A stretch of DNA of 53,812 nucleotides from an uncultured Dehalococcoidia bacterium (GCA_964371095.1 CAYJMJ010000002.1:56-53867), one strand, 5' to 3'; counted from the first letter of the stretch, positions 1 to 9,357 are shown. Notes: a model not told the origin generated them from the letters alone. Numbers and translations: made by a program.

Positions 1-252
1 GGGCATCTCCGGGTCCCTCGCTACGGCAGGGTCCTGGGCACGCCTGTTGCATCCGTGGCGCGGGCTTTCAGCTCGCGTTCGCGAGATTGAAGCGACGTCC
101 GTACCGGTCGGTGGCAGAGTCGGTCATCCAGTTCTTCAACACGCTCTCTCAACTTGGGTGTGGGCGACCGTCCGGTGGCACGTCATCGCACGTCGTCGTC
201 GCGGCCGCGCTCCAGCGCGTGCTACGCTGCGCCATTCCGAGGAGGTGGCCGC

Positions 253-840
253 ATGAGCTTCAACATCACCTTCGTCCTGTTCCCTGACTACGAGGAGCTG
301 GACTTCGCGGGCCCGTACGAGGTATTCGGCACGGCGGCACGGTACATCGACAAGGAATGGCGCACGTTCACCGTCGCAGCGGAGCGCATGACCCGAGGCA
401 CGAACGGCATGCGGGTCGAGGCCGACTACCTGTTCGACGATGCGCCCGCGGCCGACCTCATCGTCGTGCCGGGCGGCTTCGGCACGCGGCCGGGCATGGA
501 TGACGCCGCGCTCATCGGCTACATCACCCGCGCCGGCGGCTCGGCGAAGTACGTGACGTCCGTGTGCACGGGCGCCCTGCTGCTGCAGCGTGCCGGGTTC
601 CTGACCGGAAAGCGCGCCACGACGCACTGGGCGGCACGCAAGGAGCTTCGCGATCTCGGCGGCGTCGAGGTGGTCGAGGAGCGCTGGGTGCAGGACGGCA
701 ACGTCGTTACGGCGGCCGGTGTCTCAGCCGGGATCGACATGGCGCTGTACGTCGTCGGCCTGCTCAAATCGCCCGAAGACGCCCGCAAGGTCCAGCACTT
801 CATGGAGTACGAGCCGGCGCCGCCGTACGCGCTCGCCTGA
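253..840 (+). CDS. DJ-1/PfpI family protein (isonitrile hydratase/ThiJ-like)
   Basis: GGAGG RBS then ATG at 253; motifs EELDFAGPYEVF, VVPGGFG, SVCTGA (nucleophile Cys), ATTHW, TAAGVSAGIDMAL. Confidence 0.9.
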   Translation: MSFNITFVLFPDYEELDFAGPYEVFGTAARYIDKEWRTFTVAAERMTRGTNGMRVEADYLFDDAPAADLIVVPGGFGTRPGMDDAALIGYITRAGGSAKYVTSVCTGALLLQRAGFLTGKRATTHWAARKELRDLGGVEVVEERWVQDGNVVTAAGVSAGIDMALYVVGLLKSPEDARKVQHFMEYEPAPPYALA

Positions 841-852
841 TCCTGCCGCACG

Positions 853-1572
853 CTACCCCGCCTGTGCGACGATCTGCACCTGCAGCGTCACGTTGTCCTG
901 CACGGACACGAAGTCGGCGATGTTCAGGATCGGGATGTTGAAGTCGGCGTACTTGAAGTTCACCGTCGCGAGTGCCGTGATGACGTTCCCCTCGCGCCGC
1001 GCCTTCACGTCCCAGGTGATCTCTTTCTGGACGCCGTGCAGGTCCATCGTTCCGGTCAGCTTCAGTGCCTGCTCCTCGCCCTCGGCCTTGCCCGGATCGT
1101 AGCCGGTCACGCTCTTCACGGTGAACGTCGCGGACGGGTACTGGCCGGTTTCGAGCGCCTGGTTCTGGACGCGGCGGTCGCGCTGGCTCTTGTCGCTCGT
1201 GAGCGTCGTGAGGTTCACGGTGAACGTCGACGGTTGCGACGCGTCGAGTTGAAATCCGTCGGGCGTCAGGAAGAGCGTCCCGGCGATGTCGTGCGTGGAG
1301 CCCTTCGCGGTCGAGGGAAGCGGCAGGCTCGCGAGTTTCTCGTCCGCGAAATAGGCGGCCTCCGAGTTCGCTGGCACGATCCGGAACGCGAGCGCGCCGC
1401 CCGGCGCAGACGGCGTCCCGGGCGCCTGCCGCAATTCGGTCGGAACCGCCGGCACGGTCGTCGCGAGCTTGTTGTCCTCGCGGATGAAGAACCACCATCC
1501 GGCCGCCGCCGCGGCCGCGACCACGATGATCGCCGCTACGGCGCCGAGCAGGAATCGCGGGAATGAGGGCAT
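853..1572 (-). CDS. YceI-like (polyisoprenoid-binding) protein with N-terminal membrane anchor
   Basis: Hydrophobic N-terminus; motifs LTSDKSQRD, LETGQYPSATF, GTMDLHGVQKEITW, ADFNI. Confidence 0.85.
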   Translation of the reverse strand: MPSFPRFLLGAVAAIIVVAAAAAAGWWFFIREDNKLATTVPAVPTELRQAPGTPSAPGGALAFRIVPANSEAAYFADEKLASLPLPSTAKGSTHDIAGTLFLTPDGFQLDASQPSTFTVNLTTLTSDKSQRDRRVQNQALETGQYPSATFTVKSVTGYDPGKAEGEEQALKLTGTMDLHGVQKEITWDVKARREGNVITALATVNFKYADFNIPILNIADFVSVQDNVTLQVQIVAQAG

Positions 1573-1584
1573 ATCCGGCGTCCT

Positions 1585-2358
1585 TTACCCGTGCCGCGTC
1601 GAAATGCCGCCGTCGACGGGGATGACGGTGCCGGTGAGATAAGAGCCCGCGCGCGACGCCAGGAAGATCGCCGTCCCCGCCATGTCGTCCGGTCTGCCGA
1701 TGCGGCCGAGCGGGCACGACGCGCGGATCTGGTCGCCGAAACGCTGGAGCGTCTCCGCCATCATCTTGCTCTCGAACGGTCCGGGGGCGATGGCGTTGAC
1801 GGTAATGCGCTGCGCCGCCAGCCGGTGCGCCAGCGTGCGCGTCAGGTGGTGCACGGCCGCCTTGCTCGACGAGTAGGCGTACGTCTCGAGCATCGGCGCC
1901 TGCAGCCCGTCGATCGAGCCGATGTTGATGACCCGCGCCGGGTCATCGTCGCTCGCCGCCTTCTCGAGCAGCGGCACCAGGAAGCGCGTCAGGTGGAACA
2001 CGCCCTTCACGTTCGTCGCCAGCACCTTGTCGAACGCGGCGTCCGGATACTCGGCGAGGGGCGCGCCCCAGTTGGCGCCGGCGTTGTTGACGAGGATGTG
2101 CAGCCGCTCCTCGCGCCGTCCGATCTCGTCGGCGAGGAGCCGGCACCCCGCCTCGCTGCCGACGTCCGCCGGGATCGACGCGCACGTCCCGATCTTCGAC
2201 AGCTCCGCCGCGGCGGCGTCGCAGGCCTCGGCCTTGCGCGCCGAGATGTAGACCTTCGCGCCGGCTGTCACGAACCCCCGCGCGATCATCAGGCCGATCC
2301 CGCGGGAGCCACCGGTCACCACCGCCACCTTGTCCTTGAGGGAGAAGAGCTGGTCCAA
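1585..2358 (-). CDS. Short-chain dehydrogenase/reductase
   Basis: TGGSRGIG, NNAG, catalytic YSSSK, VNAIAPG; TTG start with AAAGGA RBS. Confidence 0.92.
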   Translation of the reverse strand: MDQLFSLKDKVAVVTGGSRGIGLMIARGFVTAGAKVYISARKAEACDAAAAELSKIGTCASIPADVGSEAGCRLLADEIGRREERLHILVNNAGANWGAPLAEYPDAAFDKVLATNVKGVFHLTRFLVPLLEKAASDDDPARVINIGSIDGLQAPMLETYAYSSSKAAVHHLTRTLAHRLAAQRITVNAIAPGPFESKMMAETLQRFGDQIRASCPLGRIGRPDDMAGTAIFLASRAGSYLTGTVIPVDGGISTRHG

Positions 2359-2561
2359 GATGCGTCCTTTCGTCGAGCCGTTGTTCGCGGATTACCTGCA
2401 TCAGCCGCAATCGCGGCACGTTCGTGGCCGGGTTCTCAGCATAGACGACGGCCACCGCCACGTCGAAACAGCCCGCCGCGCGCACCAGATCGACCGAGGT
2501 CTGCCGATTCATGGATTGGACGACCACGCTCGGTGAGCCGTCCGCACAATCGAATAAGCAC

Positions 2562-2659
2562 CTCCGAAAAAGGCAAACCCGTCGAAAGGCGGGGACGCAA
2601 AGCCACGGGTCTGCGCTCCCAGAGAGCATGACGGCCGGGCTGCCGGTTCTGATTCGGAG
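2562..2659 (+). promoter_or_regulatory. c-di-GMP-I (GEMM-I) riboswitch aptamer
   Basis: AGGCAAACCCGTCGAAAGGCGGGGACGCAAAGCCACGGGTCT...ATGACGGCCGGGCTGCCG matches the GEMM-I consensus (GGCAAACC, GAAA tetraloop, GGGACGCAAAGCC, GGG.TGCC); P1 formed by CTCCGAA (2562-2568) and TTCGGAG (2653-2659). Confidence 0.93.
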
Positions 2660-2662
2660 CCA

Positions 2663-2700
2663 AGGCCCTCGATCTCGGGCTGAGGTCGAGGGCCTGTTGT
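2663..2700 (+). terminator. Probable expression-platform hairpin (terminator-like) of the c-di-GMP riboswitch
   Basis: 14-bp stem AGGCCCTCGATCTC/GAGGTCGAGGGCCT with 5-nt loop, followed by a weak GTTGT tract, immediately after P1. Confidence 0.65.
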
Positions 2701-2789
2701 CGTCCGGTCCGGTGTCGCCTCGTGCGATCGGGAGGGGGTGCCCGGCCGGCCTAGAGCAAGCATGAGTTCATGAGAAGGGAAGGGATTTC

Positions 2790-3026
2790 GTGCGAATGAG
2801 CGGAGCTCAGGGAATGGAGACGGAGGCGGAGGACAAGCGGCCGGCGAGGCTGTTCGGCCTGCCGGCGGCCATGACAGCGGTGATGGCGCGATTCCGCGCC
2901 GCGTTCATGCACTCTTCTTCCGGTGCCGAAAACGACGTCGAAGATCGCATCCGGAACGTCGAATTGGAGCTCGAGCAGGCACGCCGGCTCGATGGCATCG
3001 CGCCGTCCCGCCCGCGGGAGCAGTAG
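2790..3026 (+). CDS. Small hypothetical protein downstream of the c-di-GMP riboswitch (start uncertain: 2790, 2796 or 2814)
   Basis: Purine-rich GAAGGGAAGGGA upstream; only co-oriented ORF before the convergent gene; short coiled-coil-like segment VEDRIRNVELELEQARR. Confidence 0.55.
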   Translation: MRMSGAQGMETEAEDKRPARLFGLPAAMTAVMARFRAAFMHSSSGAENDVEDRIRNVELELEQARRLDGIAPSRPREQ

Positions 3027-3086
3027 CGGGCGAGCCTCGGCTTGCGGCCTTCCGGTGCGCGTGCCCCGGTGCGTTGGCGGACGACG

Positions 3087-4724
3087 CTATCGGCTGTACT
3101 GCCAGGGATCCCAGTCCGGTCCGGCGTCCAGCTTCGATGGATCGCCGAACACGTGGCCGCCCTCGACCTCGCGCATGAGGTCGCGGCCGATCACCGCGCT
3201 CGCCGTCGCGATGCCGCCACGCAGCGCGCCGACGATGCCGTGGCCGAACGTCGTGCTCGCTCCCGTGAGAAACAGGCCCGGGATCTCCGTCGCGGGCGCC
3301 GGGCGGTTCGGGCCCGCCTGGTCGAGCGCGAACTCGATCCCGTACGAGGTGCCGCCGGTCGAGAGCGTGTACCGCTCCTGCGTCACCGGCGTCGCGGCCT
3401 CCTTCCAGACGATGTGCTCGCGAATGCCCGGCAGCACCTGCTCGGCGCCGTCGATGAGCACCTCGGTCAGCCGGTCCTTGTTCGACCGATACTCGCGGTC
3501 CTGGTGGTACTTCTCGCCCGCGGCCGGCCCCTCGTGCACGCTCCAGACGTCGTAATTCGCTGGCACCCACGTCATAATCTCGATGCTCGAGCAGCCGGGC
3601 GGAGCAATGCGCGCCGTGTGCGGGTCCTTGACCGAGGCGGTCGTGATCAGCATCGGGAAATGCTCGGGCAGGCGCCCTTCGTAGCAGGCCTGGTAGATGC
3701 TCTCGACGTCGAACGAGTCGCAGTACCAGTAGTTCGTGTTCGGCATGCGCTCCCGCAGGTCGATGTCCAACCCCAGGTAGACGCAGAAGATCGGCAGCGC
3801 CATCCGGTACGACGCGATTCGGGCCGCCGTCTGTGGCGACATGTGCTCGGCCCCGACCATCTCCTGCATCGTCCGTTTCAGGTCCGCGTTCGAGATAACG
3901 ATCGGCGCGCACAGCTCCTCGCCCGTCGTCAGCCGCACGCCAACGGACTTGCCGTCTTCGATGAGTATGCGCTGCACGCGCGTCCGCGTACGCACCTCGC
4001 CGCCGTTCGCGCGCAGCACCTCGACGAGGCGCGCCGGCAACACCTGGCCGCCGCCCTTCGGGTAGTACGCGCCCTTGAGATAGTGATCGAGGAACCCCGC
4101 GTGCACGGCGACCGGCGTCCGCGACGGCGCGACGGCGTACGCCCCGGACTCGGCGAGGATCACGGCGCGTGCCTTCACGCCCATGCCGCAGTCGTCGAAC
4201 AGGTCGCTGAGCGCGCGGCCACCCCAGCGCATCAACGTCGGGATCTTCGGCAGAAGCTGCGCCAGGTCGGGCGTCGTGCCCGCGTCCTGCACGGCGCGCA
4301 TCTCGGCGAGCAGCTTCTCGAACACGTCGAGGCAGCGGTGCAGCGCCGTCTCGTCGTCCGGGAACGCCGCGACGAGCCGCTCACGGTAGCGGTCCCAGCC
4401 TTTCGGCACGCGGAACCGCACGCCGGGATAGATGACGGTGTCGAAGCCGTCCGGATCCAGCTCGAGAAACTCGATCTTGCCCTCGAGCCCGACGCCGCGC
4501 AGGACCGTCGGGATCGTACCGCCCGGCGCGCAGTCGCCGATGTAGTGGACGCCGACGTCGAACTCGAACGCGCGCTTGCGGCGAAAGACGTGGGCGTTGC
4601 CGCCCGCGACGTAGTGCTGCTCGAGGACGAGCACCCGGCGCCCGTTCGTCGCCAGGTAGGCCGCCGCGGTCAGCCCGCCCAGGCCCGAGCCGATGACGAT
4701 CGCGTCCCAGTCCGCTGCACCCAT
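3087..4724 (-). CDS. FAD-dependent oxidoreductase, phytoene desaturase/retinol saturase (CrtI/RetSat-like) family
   Basis: GAAGGAG RBS and ATG at 4724; IGSGLGGL dinucleotide motif, LEQHYVAGG, FDVGVHYIG, ATPVTQERY, GLFLTGAS..GHGI. Confidence 0.85.
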   Translation of the reverse strand: MGAADWDAIVIGSGLGGLTAAAYLATNGRRVLVLEQHYVAGGNAHVFRRKRAFEFDVGVHYIGDCAPGGTIPTVLRGVGLEGKIEFLELDPDGFDTVIYPGVRFRVPKGWDRYRERLVAAFPDDETALHRCLDVFEKLLAEMRAVQDAGTTPDLAQLLPKIPTLMRWGGRALSDLFDDCGMGVKARAVILAESGAYAVAPSRTPVAVHAGFLDHYLKGAYYPKGGGQVLPARLVEVLRANGGEVRTRTRVQRILIEDGKSVGVRLTTGEELCAPIVISNADLKRTMQEMVGAEHMSPQTAARIASYRMALPIFCVYLGLDIDLRERMPNTNYWYCDSFDVESIYQACYEGRLPEHFPMLITTASVKDPHTARIAPPGCSSIEIMTWVPANYDVWSVHEGPAAGEKYHQDREYRSNKDRLTEVLIDGAEQVLPGIREHIVWKEAATPVTQERYTLSTGGTSYGIEFALDQAGPNRPAPATEIPGLFLTGASTTFGHGIVGALRGGIATASAVIGRDLMREVEGGHVFGDPSKLDAGPDWDPWQYSR

Positions 4725-4820
4725 GCCCCGCTCCTTCGCACCCGGTCTCGCACGTTGCGTGCCGCGACCGTACGGGGGCGCGCCGCGCTCGCGCAAGAGG
4801 CGAAGGTCGTCAGGGAGCGG

Positions 4821-5552
4821 TTACTTGATGCCCGTGTGCAGCGCGACCGAGCCGAACCCGAGGCGGCGGTACGACACGTCGTGCAGGCCCGCGTCGTGGA
4901 GGATGCGCGCCAGACCGTCGGCGTCCGGATAGCCGGTCAGCGAGTTGGAGAGGTACCGGTAGGCGGCGCGGTCGCCGCTCAGCACACCGGCGATCTGCGG
5001 CATGACGCGGTGAAAGTAAAAGCGGTACGGGCTGGCGAACGGGCCCGCGGGCACGTGCGTCATGTCGAGGCACACCAGGCGGCCGCCGGGTCGCAGCACG
5101 CGCGCCATCTCGGCGATGCCCGCCGGCAGGTCGACGACGTTGCGCAGCAGGAATCCGTTGGTCACCGCGTCGAAGGTGGTGTCCGCGAACGGCAGGTGGA
5201 GGACGTCGCTCACGGTCCAGGCGTAGGCGCGTCTTCCCGCATACCGGCGCGAGGCTGCCGCCACCATGTCTCGCGTGAAGTCGCCACCGACGACCAGCGC
5301 AGCGCCGGCGCGCACCAGCTCTCGCGAGAGGTCGCCCGTTCCGGCGCCCAGGTCCAGCACGCGCGCGCCCCGCGGTCGCGCCGCCGCCGCGGCCTGCCTG
5401 CGCCAGCGGCCGTCCATGCCGAAGCTCATCAGCCGGTTCATCAGGTCGTAGCGGCCGACGATGCGCCCGAACATCGTCTGCACCTGGCGGGCACGCCGCT
5501 CGTCGAGCGCGGGCGGGGCGGTGGGTTCCGGGGGGTTATGCACGCTGTTCAT
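4821..5552 (-). CDS. menG: Demethylmenaquinone methyltransferase (UbiE/MenG)
   Basis: MFGRIVGRYDLMNRLMSFGMDGRWR, VLDLGAGTGD, FLLRNVVD, EMARVLRPGG, AYRYL; adjacent to the men operon. Confidence 0.9.
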   Translation of the reverse strand: MNSVHNPPEPTAPPALDERRARQVQTMFGRIVGRYDLMNRLMSFGMDGRWRRQAAAAARPRGARVLDLGAGTGDLSRELVRAGAALVVGGDFTRDMVAAASRRYAGRRAYAWTVSDVLHLPFADTTFDAVTNGFLLRNVVDLPAGIAEMARVLRPGGRLVCLDMTHVPAGPFASPYRFYFHRVMPQIAGVLSGDRAAYRYLSNSLTGYPDADGLARILHDAGLHDVSYRRLGFGSVALHTGIK

Positions 5553-5603
5553 TGTCCGTCGAGCGCCCGGCTGCTACCATAAAAACCGACTGACGCGTCG
5601 GTC
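5552..5603 (+). promoter_or_regulatory. Sigma70-type promoter and palindromic TetR-type operator for the tetR-men operon
   Basis: TTGTCC (5552-5557), 17 nt, TACCAT (5575-5580) with extended TG; near-perfect palindrome GACTGACGCGTCGGTC (5588-5603) at the predicted +1 region. Confidence 0.6.
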
Positions 5604-5633
5604 GTGTTTCGGGGCAATCTAGCACAGATCTTC

Positions 5634-6239
5634 ATGGACTACGAGCAGACCCGCGCCACCCAGCGACACAAGCGCATCCTCGATGCCGCGCTCAAGATCT
5701 TCTCTCGCAAAGGCTACCGCGACACGGCCGTCGACGACATCGCCGAGGAATCGGACACTTCGAAGGGCGGCGTTTACTTCCATTTTCCCGGCAAACAGGC
5801 GATCTTCCTCGCCCTGATGGACCGCGCATCGATGATGCTGCTGAAGCGCATCGAAGAGGCGATCGCGCGCGAGACGGAGCCGCTCGCGAGGGCCGAGGCG
5901 GCGCTCCACGTCGTGCTGCGCACATTCGGCTCGCACCGCGCGCTGGCGCGCCTGTTCATGGTCGAGGCGCTCGGCGCCGGCCGCGAGTTCCACGCCCGCC
6001 TCATGGAGATCCACGAGCTGTTCATCGACGTCATGAAGCGCCACCTCGACGACGCCGTGGCCGCTGGCGCCATCGAGCCGGTCGACACCGAGCTTGCCGG
6101 CCGCGCCTGGTTCGGCGCCGTGTCCGAAGTCATCACCCACTGGCTGCTCAGCGAGCATCCCTCGTCACTCGAAGACGCGTACAGCGCGCTGCGCCCGATG
6201 ATCTTTCGCAGCGTCGGCGCGGAAGGCGTGCAACCATGA
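5634..6239 (+). CDS. TetR/AcrR family transcriptional regulator, first gene of the men operon
   Basis: ILDAALKIFSRKGY..TAVDDIA...SKGGVYFHFPGK helix-turn-helix; stop overlaps the menF start (ATGA). Confidence 0.92.
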   Translation: MDYEQTRATQRHKRILDAALKIFSRKGYRDTAVDDIAEESDTSKGGVYFHFPGKQAIFLALMDRASMMLLKRIEEAIARETEPLARAEAALHVVLRTFGSHRALARLFMVEALGAGREFHARLMEIHELFIDVMKRHLDDAVAAGAIEPVDTELAGRAWFGAVSEVITHWLLSEHPSSLEDAYSALRPMIFRSVGAEGVQP

Positions 6240-7618
6240 TCTTCCTGCAAACCCCGGCACCAGCCGAGCGATGCCAGCGTCTCCTCGAGGATGCGGCAAC
6301 CGCGGCCACGCGCAGCGGCCACCCCGTGCTTGTGTGCATCAGCGAGGCGGCGCCACTGCTCGACGCCGTCGCCGTCTACCGGCGCGCCGCCGCCGCCGGA
6401 ATCGTCTCGTTCTGGGAACAGGCGGCGCGCGACACCGCGATGATCGGCGCCGGCGCGGCGTGGTCGCTCCGCGCAAGCGGCCCGGACCGATTCGGCGATG
6501 CCGCTCGTGCGTGGAAGTCGATCGCCGCACGCGCGATCGGTGACGTTGACGACCTCATCTGCTTCGGCGGCTTCGCTTTCGATGGCGCACGCGCTCGCGA
6601 CGAGCAGTGGCGAGCGTTCGGCGATGGCGAGCTAGCCGTTCCGGAATTCCTCTACCGGCGTGAGGGCGGGCGCGCTCGCATCACGCGGTGCACGCTCGTC
6701 GGCCCGCATGGCCCGGTCCCGGATCCGGATCCACGCTTCGACACGATAGCCGCCGATGGCGCGGCGTACACGAGTGACTCGGTGGGCGGCGAGCGTGTCT
6801 CTCGCCGCGAGACGCCGGACGCCGACACCTGGCGGCGCGCCGTCGCCGCACTCACCTCGGCGATCCGCGACGGCGGCGTCGACAAAGTCGTCCTCGCGCG
6901 CGAAGTCGTGCTGACGGCGCGGGCCTCCATCGATGCCGCGCCCGTACTCGCCGCGTTGCGGGATGCCTACCCCGCCTGCACCACGTTCGCGGCGCGGCGC
7001 GGCGATGCTTGTTTCCTCGGCGCGACGCCCGAGCGGCTCGTGCGCATCGACCGCCGGCGCGTGTCGGTGGCGTGCCTCGCCGGCTCGAGCCCGCGTGGCG
7101 CCACTGCCGAGGACGATGCGGCGGCCGGCGCTGCGCTGCTCGCCGACCCGAAGGAACGCAGCGAGCACGATCTCGTCTTGCGCATGATTCTCGCGGCGCT
7201 CGCGCCGGTCTGCGACGAGATCCACGCGCCATCCGAGCCCGGACTGATGCGGATGCCGAACGTCCAGCACCTCCACACGCCGGTCGAGGCCGCACTCCGA
7301 GGCGACGCCGGAGTGCTCGACCTCGTCGCGCGGTTGCATCCGACGCCCGCCGTCGGCGGTGTGCCCGCCGCGCGGGCGCTCGGCCTGATCGGCGAACACG
7401 AACCGTTCGACCGCGGCTGGTACGCCGGGCCGATCGGCTGGATGGACGCCCGCGGGAACGGCGAGTTCGCCGTGGCGATCCGGTCCGGCCTGCTCAACGG
7501 CTGCGAAGCGCGCCTGTATGCCGGCTGCGGCATCGTGCGCGACTCCGAGCCGGAGCGCGAGTTCGAGGAATCCCTGCTGAAGCTGAGGCCGATGCTTTGC
7601 GCGCTGAATCTACGCTGA
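6236..7618 (+). CDS. menF: Isochorismate synthase
   Basis: KVVLAR, GATPERL, LAGS, KERSEH, LHPTPAVGG, RGWYAGPIGW, YAGCGIV. Confidence 0.93.
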   Translation: MIFLQTPAPAERCQRLLEDAATAATRSGHPVLVCISEAAPLLDAVAVYRRAAAAGIVSFWEQAARDTAMIGAGAAWSLRASGPDRFGDAARAWKSIAARAIGDVDDLICFGGFAFDGARARDEQWRAFGDGELAVPEFLYRREGGRARITRCTLVGPHGPVPDPDPRFDTIAADGAAYTSDSVGGERVSRRETPDADTWRRAVAALTSAIRDGGVDKVVLAREVVLTARASIDAAPVLAALRDAYPACTTFAARRGDACFLGATPERLVRIDRRRVSVACLAGSSPRGATAEDDAAAGAALLADPKERSEHDLVLRMILAALAPVCDEIHAPSEPGLMRMPNVQHLHTPVEAALRGDAGVLDLVARLHPTPAVGGVPAARALGLIGEHEPFDRGWYAGPIGWMDARGNGEFAVAIRSGLLNGCEARLYAGCGIVRDSEPEREFEESLLKLRPMLCALNLR

Positions 7619-9357
7619 CGGACGCGCCCGACGCCCTCGACGCGGCGGCCGGCGCCTTCGTCGATGAGCTTGCCCGCTCCGGCGTCCGCCACGCCATCGT
7701 GTGCCCGGGCTCCCGCTCGACGCCTCTGGCAATGCTGCTCGATGCGCACCCGGACGTGCGCATGTGGATGCACCTCGACGAGCGCTCGGCCGCGTATTTC
7801 GCGCTCGGCATGGCGAAGGCGTCGCGCGCGCCGGTGGCGCTGCTCGCGACGTCCGGTACCGCGACGGTCAACTTCGCCCCCGCGGTCGTGGAGGCGTTCT
7901 ACGCGAAGGTACCGCTGATCGTGCTGACGGCGGACCGGCCGCCCGAGTTGCGAGGCGTCGGCGCGCCGCAGACAATCGACCAGCAGCACCTTTACGGCCC
8001 GCACGCGAAGTGGTTCGTCGAGATGCCGCTGCCCGAGGCCACGCCCGAGGCGGAACGCCACTGGCGTCTCGTGGCCGCACGGGCAGCCGCGACCGCGGCG
8101 GCATCGCCGCGAGGGCCGGTACACGTGAACTTCCCGTTCCGCGAGCCGCTCATCCCGGCCATGCGCGACGCTCCGCGATCCCGCGACCGCGTCGCGGCGC
8201 ACGTAACGCCAGCGGAGCAACGCGTCGCCCCGGCCGACGTGGCCGCGCTCGCGCCCGAGCTGCGCGGCATCGCGCGCGGAATCATCGTCTGCGGGCCATG
8301 CGACGATCCGGCGCTGCCCGCCGCCGTGGCCGCGCTCGGGCGCGCGCTCGGCTACCCGGTGCTCGCCGATCCGCTCTCCGGCGTCCGCTGCGGCTCACAC
8401 GATCGGTCGCTTGTCGTGTCGTCGTACGACGCCCTCCTGCGCGACGGCGACTGCGCCGCGGCGCTGCGTCCCGATGCGGTGCTGCGATTTGGCACCCAGC
8501 CGACGTCGAAGCCGCTGGTGCAGCTGCTGCGGGCGTGCGACGGCGCGCGGCAGATCGTCGTCGACGCCGACGGCGGCTGGACGGAGCCGCTGACCGCCGG
8601 CGTCGAGATCGTGCGCGCGGATCCCGCCTGTTTCTGCGATGTGCTTGCATCGGAGGTCGGTGCGGTCACCCGTGACGGCGGCTGGGCGCGTGTGTGGATG
8701 TCGATCGATGCCGCCGCGCGCGCCGCGATCGCCGCGCATTTCGGCGAGGACGGCGAGATCACGGAGCCGGCCCTGATCGCCGACCTGGCATCGGTTCTTC
8801 CGGAGCGCGCCGCCGTGTTCGCCGGCAACAGCATGCCCGTGCGAGACCTCGACAGCTTCTTCCCGTCCGGCGGACGGAGGACGCGTTTCCTCGCGAACCG
8901 CGGCGCCAACGGGATCGATGGCGTGGTGTCGAGCGCGCTCGGCGCCAGCACGGTGGCGGCGCCGCTGGTGCTCGTGATCGGCGACCTGTCGTTCTACCAC
9001 GACATGAACGGCCTGCTGGCTGCGAAACAGCATGGCATCGACGCGACGATCGTTCTCGTAAACAACGACGGTGGCGGCATCTTCTCATTCCTCCCGCAGG
9101 CCGAGCACCCCGATCGGTTCGAGGCGCTGTTCGGCACGCCCCACGGCCTTGACTTCGCGGCCGCCGCCGCCGTATACGGCATCGAGTTCATCCGGGCTGG
9201 CAACCGGCGCGAGTTACGGACGGCGCTTGCCGACAGCATCGTGGCGCCCGGCGTGCAGATCGTCGAAGTGCGCACCGATCGCTCGGAGAACGTCGGCGCA
9301 CATCGCGAGATCTGGCGGCGAGTCGCGGCGGCCGTCGACGAGGTCCGCGAACGATGA
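7615..9357 (+). CDS. menD: SEPHCHC synthase; start is CTG 7615 or TTG 7597
   Basis: CPGSRSTPL, DERSAAYFALG, TSGTA, TADRPPEL, GPVHVNFPFREPL, NRGANGIDG, GDLSFYHD, NNDGGGIF. Confidence 0.95.
   Translation: MTDAPDALDAAAGAFVDELARSGVRHAIVCPGSRSTPLAMLLDAHPDVRMWMHLDERSAAYFALGMAKASRAPVALLATSGTATVNFAPAVVEAFYAKVPLIVLTADRPPELRGVGAPQTIDQQHLYGPHAKWFVEMPLPEATPEAERHWRLVAARAAATAAASPRGPVHVNFPFREPLIPAMRDAPRSRDRVAAHVTPAEQRVAPADVAALAPELRGIARGIIVCGPCDDPALPAAVAALGRALGYPVLADPLSGVRCGSHDRSLVVSSYDALLRDGDCAAALRPDAVLRFGTQPTSKPLVQLLRACDGARQIVVDADGGWTEPLTAGVEIVRADPACFCDVLASEVGAVTRDGGWARVWMSIDAAARAAIAAHFGEDGEITEPALIADLASVLPERAAVFAGNSMPVRDLDSFFPSGGRRTRFLANRGANGIDGVVSSALGASTVAAPLVLVIGDLSFYHDMNGLLAAKQHGIDATIVLVNNDGGGIFSFLPQAEHPDRFEALFGTPHGLDFAAAAAVYGIEFIRAGNRRELRTALADSIVAPGVQIVEVRTDRSENVGAHREIWRRVAAAVDEVRER

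Noticed and set aside
1-250. Possible minus-strand gene start at position 6 with an RBS-covering hairpin; possible riboswitch
   Set aside because: Only two codons are in the window and the leader matches no RNA family I recognise.
2570-2576. cGAMP-selective (GEMM-Ib) variant of the riboswitch
   Set aside because: The discriminating position is G, not A.
3042-5582. 846-aa plus-strand ORF, and similar long ORFs at 24460-25992, 31459-33330 and 44460-46436
   Set aside because: Antisense or alternate-frame shadows of well-supported genes; Arg/Ala-rich with no motifs, as expected at high GC.
7009-7596. Long N-terminal extensions in the ORF track for menD, and likewise for menC, ahbAB, the 20328 lipoprotein, thiO, trmD, yjbQ and tupC
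   Set aside because: They overlap upstream genes or lack family similarity; better starts exist at RBS sites or stop-start overlaps.
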